Source of the DNA: Kofleriaceae bacterium
GTDB taxonomy: Bacteria > Myxococcota_A > Polyangia > Haliangiales > Haliangiaceae
Assembly: GCA_046597055.1 (NCBI GenBank)
Contig: JBKJLC010000010.1
Location: 1 to 37,279, forward strand
Length of the DNA: 37,279 nucleotides
Direction of reading: 5' to 3'
Shown: positions 34,925-37,279 of the stretch, piece by piece
Layout: the number at the start of each line of letters is the position of its first letter
Numbering within the stretch: position 1 is the first letter of the stretch
Translations under genes and position numbers: made by a program
The notes under the pieces: generated by a model
Database searches by the model: none
Told to the model about the DNA's origin: nothing
Seen by the model: only the letters and a program-made list of their open reading frames with translations

Positions 34925-36145
34925 GTGACCGCCCCCCTCCTCACCTCGTCGTCGCCGCCACCGCCGCAACCGCCCCCGCCGCGGCGCAGCCTCGCCAACG
35001 ATCCGTTGATCTTCGCGATGGTGCGCTGGCTGCTGATCCTGGTGTTCGTCGTGATCGGCTGGTCGGTGCTGTCGACGCTCGCCCACATCCTGGCGCCGAT
35101 CCTGGCCGCGCTCGGCATCGCGTACCTGCTCGACCCGGTGCTCGAGCGGCTGGTCGCGCGCGGCATGTCGCGCGCGCTCGCCGCGACGATCTTGCTGTTC
35201 GGCTTCCTCGGCGCCGTGATCGGCACCCTCGCGATCCTCATTCCGGAGGCGGTCACCCAGGTCGCGTCGTTCATCGACGGCCTGCCGGTCATGGTCGAGC
35301 GGGCCTCGGGCTGGATCGGCGAGCGCACCGGCTTCGATCTCCAGTCGCACCTCAACGCGCGGGAGCTGCAGGCGATGCTGTCGAAGGCGGCCGGGCCGCT
35401 CGAGCAGGTCGCCACGGTGGCGGTCGGCGGCGTGTTCGCGGTGCTCGGCTTCCTCGCCGAGATGCTGCTGGTCCCGGTGTTCGCGTACTACTTCCTGCTC
35501 GACTGGAAGTCCATCCAGGGGCGCATCACCCGGATCGTACCGCCGCGCAACCGCGCCCGCGTGCTCGACCTGCTCGGCGAGATCGATCAGGTCGTCTCGG
35601 GCTGGGTGCGCGGCCAGGCGATCGTCACCACGCTGCTCGCGATCTTCTACGCGGTCGCGTTCTGGATCATCGGCGTCCCGCTCGCGATCCCGATCGGGCT
35701 GCTGGTCGGGGCGCTCACGATCATCCCGTTCGTCGGCACCCTGGTCGGCGCCGCCATCACCGCCATCGTGATCGGGCTCGACTGGCCCGGCAGCGAGATC
35801 GCGATCGCCACCGGCGTGACCTTCCTCGTCCTCCACCTGCTCGAGGCGGCGGTGCTGACGCCGAAGATCGTCGGTCACAAGGTCGGGCTGTCGGAGTCGG
35901 CCGCGCTGTTCGCGGTCGTCGCGGGCGGCAAGCTGCTCGGCTTCGTCGGCATCCTGCTCGCGGTGCCGATCGCGGCGACGGTCGCGGTGCTGCTGCGCCA
36001 CGTGATGCGCTCGTACGAGAAGAGCCACTTCTTCGGCCACGAGGACGACGCGGTGGTGCGGGTGAGCACCGCGATGGCGGTGGTCATGACCGAGGACCAC
36101 GCGCTCGCGACGCAGCCCTCGGGCCGCGACGATGACGCGCGCTGA
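34925..36145 (+). CDS. AI-2E family transporter (PerM/TqsA-like)
   Basis: IAYLLDP..ERL, YYFLLD, WVRGQ, IPFVG, LEAAVLTPKIVG, G.LLGFVGILLAVP; multiple TM helices. Confidence 0.9.
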   Translation: MTAPLLTSSSPPPPQPPPPRRSLANDPLIFAMVRWLLILVFVVIGWSVLSTLAHILAPILAALGIAYLLDPVLERLVARGMSRALAATILLFGFLGAVIGTLAILIPEAVTQVASFIDGLPVMVERASGWIGERTGFDLQSHLNARELQAMLSKAAGPLEQVATVAVGGVFAVLGFLAEMLLVPVFAYYFLLDWKSIQGRITRIVPPRNRARVLDLLGEIDQVVSGWVRGQAIVTTLLAIFYAVAFWIIGVPLAIPIGLLVGALTIIPFVGTLVGAAITAIVIGLDWPGSEIAIATGVTFLVLHLLEAAVLTPKIVGHKVGLSESAALFAVVAGGKLLGFVGILLAVPIAATVAVLLRHVMRSYEKSHFFGHEDDAVVRVSTAMAVVMTEDHALATQPSGRDDDAR

Positions 36146-36230
36146 CCGCTCGTCCAAACCGACGGGCCGCTGTGATATAAAAGCGCCGTCGGGGGCCGCC
36201 AGGCCAGATCAGCCGACTGAAAGGTCCGTC

Positions 36231-36560
36231 ATGAAGAAGATCCTGATTGCGGTCGCGATGCTGGGGTTGGCCGGTGGCTGTGGCGGCTCGGCCGCGGATG
36301 ACCTCCTCGGCAAGATGAAGGGCATCAAGAACAAGACGTGCGCCTGCAAGGACATGGCTTGTGTGGAGAAGGTGGAGAAGGAGGGGATGGAGTGGATGAT
36401 GAAGAACGCGGACAAGTTCAAGAACGTCAAGCCGAGCAAGTCGCAGGACGCCGAGGCTGACAAGCTCGACGACGAGATGGACGCCTGCAAGGCGAAGCTC
36501 AAGCCGCCCGAGCCGGCCGCGCCGCCGGCCCCGGCCGATCCGGTCGCGCCCCCTCCGTGA
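36231..36560 (+). CDS. Small Cys-rich helical lipoprotein (CACKDxxC motif)
   Basis: MKK signal and lipobox LAGGC; TCACKDMAC...EMDACKAK; Pro-rich tail. TGTGATATAA promoter-like element upstream. Confidence 0.82.
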   Translation: MKKILIAVAMLGLAGGCGGSAADDLLGKMKGIKNKTCACKDMACVEKVEKEGMEWMMKNADKFKNVKPSKSQDAEADKLDDEMDACKAKLKPPEPAAPPAPADPVAPPP

Positions 36561-36757
36561 GCCGCGCCTGACCCGCGATCGATCGCGGCGGCCGCCTGTT
36601 CGCGGCGCGCATCGCGCGCCAGCTGGAGATTGCACGCAGCGGGGCAACGGCCCCGTTTGCTGTTTTCGGGCCGTGCGATCGGCTACCATCGGCGCTCGCA
36701 GCGTCGTCCGGGTGGCGCCGCTCATCTGACGTTCCCGACTCCAGGAGCTCTCGGTCC

Positions 36758-37051
36758 ATGATGAAGATGATGCGTAGTGGCGCTGTTCTGGCCTTCGTCC
36801 TCGGTCTCGGCGCGTCCGGTTGCGGCGAGACGGCCGGTGCCGCGATCGGCAAGCTGAAGTCGTACAAGGACGCGATGTGCGCCTGCAAGGACGCTGCGTG
36901 CGCCGCCCAGGTCGGCAAGGAGTTCGCCGACTGGTCGAAGGACGCGAAGACCACCAAGCCGACCAAGGCCCAGGAAGAGGAGATGATGAAGATCGCGATC
37001 GAGATGGCGGGCTGCCAGGCCAAGGCCGCGACGCCGCCGACCACGCCCTGA
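36758..37051 (+). CDS. Small Cys-rich helical lipoprotein, paralog of 36231..36560
   Basis: AGGAG upstream; lipobox GASGC; MCACKDAAC...KPTKAQ...EMAGCQAK. Confidence 0.82.
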   Translation: MMKMMRSGAVLAFVLGLGASGCGETAGAAIGKLKSYKDAMCACKDAACAAQVGKEFADWSKDAKTTKPTKAQEEEMMKIAIEMAGCQAKAATPPTTP

Positions 37052-37089
37052 CCCTGGCGGCGGCCCGCGCGGACCGCCCCGACGTTGCG

Positions 37090-37111
37090 CGAGGAGCCCG
37101 CGGGCTCCTCG
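37090..37111. terminator. Perfect 22-bp palindrome, possible terminator or hairpin
   Basis: CGAGGAGCCCG/CGGGCTCCTCG about 40 nt after the lipoprotein stop; only a weak T-tract follows. Confidence 0.45.
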
Positions 37112-37166
37112 TGAGCGTTTCGGCGCACGCGCAGCCCGGGCCGGGGGTGTTACCCTGCGCGCGATG

Positions 37167-37279
37167 GTGCGTCGTGACGACGGCGGAAAGCTCGGTCCGG
37201 TTCGGGCCGGGGAACCGCCGTCACGCTGTGGAGATCCAGCGGGTGAGAGTCCCGTCCCGGTAAGCGCCGGAGCGCCGGG
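37167..37279 (+). mobile_element. Probable 5' end (domain I) of a group II intron or intron-derived RNA, truncated by the window edge
   Basis: Starts GTGCG; nested stem GACGGCGG(37179-86)/CCGCCGTC(37215-22); then GCGGGTGAGAGTCCCGT, a hairpin typical of domain Ic in bacterial group II introns. Domain V and RT ORF are not visible. Confidence 0.55.

Overview
Very GC-rich bacterial DNA. The many Ser/Thr kinases, FHA proteins, sigma54 elements, an ADYC protein and 'CGDN'/'CACKD' lipoproteins suggest Myxococcota (Haliangiales/Kofleriaceae-like; inference). From left to right: (1) A minus-strand putative peptide-tagging operon: transglutaminase-DUF2126 amidoligase, a second stand-alone DUF2126 lacking its N-terminal motif, a circularly permuted ATP-grasp and an alpha-E protein. 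Two antisense two-helix membrane microproteins interrupt it, and two Ser/Thr kinases precede it. (2) A decayed mosaic at about 13.2-24.1 kb. Intact genes are a COG4337/iota-type carbonic anhydrase lipoprotein, a diguanylate cyclase, a 7TM Ser/Thr kinase and a FabG-like SDR. Broken genes are an HD-domain regulator, a frameshifted sbtA, an ADYC protein, an RHS-like lipoprotein, a sigma54 activator, FabZ and an SDR tail. (3) An iodotyrosine-deiodinase-like nitroreductase, a GNAT, a metallophosphoesterase, an FHA-Spo0M fusion and a monoheme cytochrome c lipoprotein. (4) guaB-guaA with coupled envelope genes and an AI-2E transporter, two paralogous Cys-rich lipoproteins, and at the extreme right what looks like the 5' end of a group II intron-like structured RNA. 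All family calls come from motif recognition by eye; no searches were run. Most long ORFs in the supplied track are antisense or off-frame shadows.
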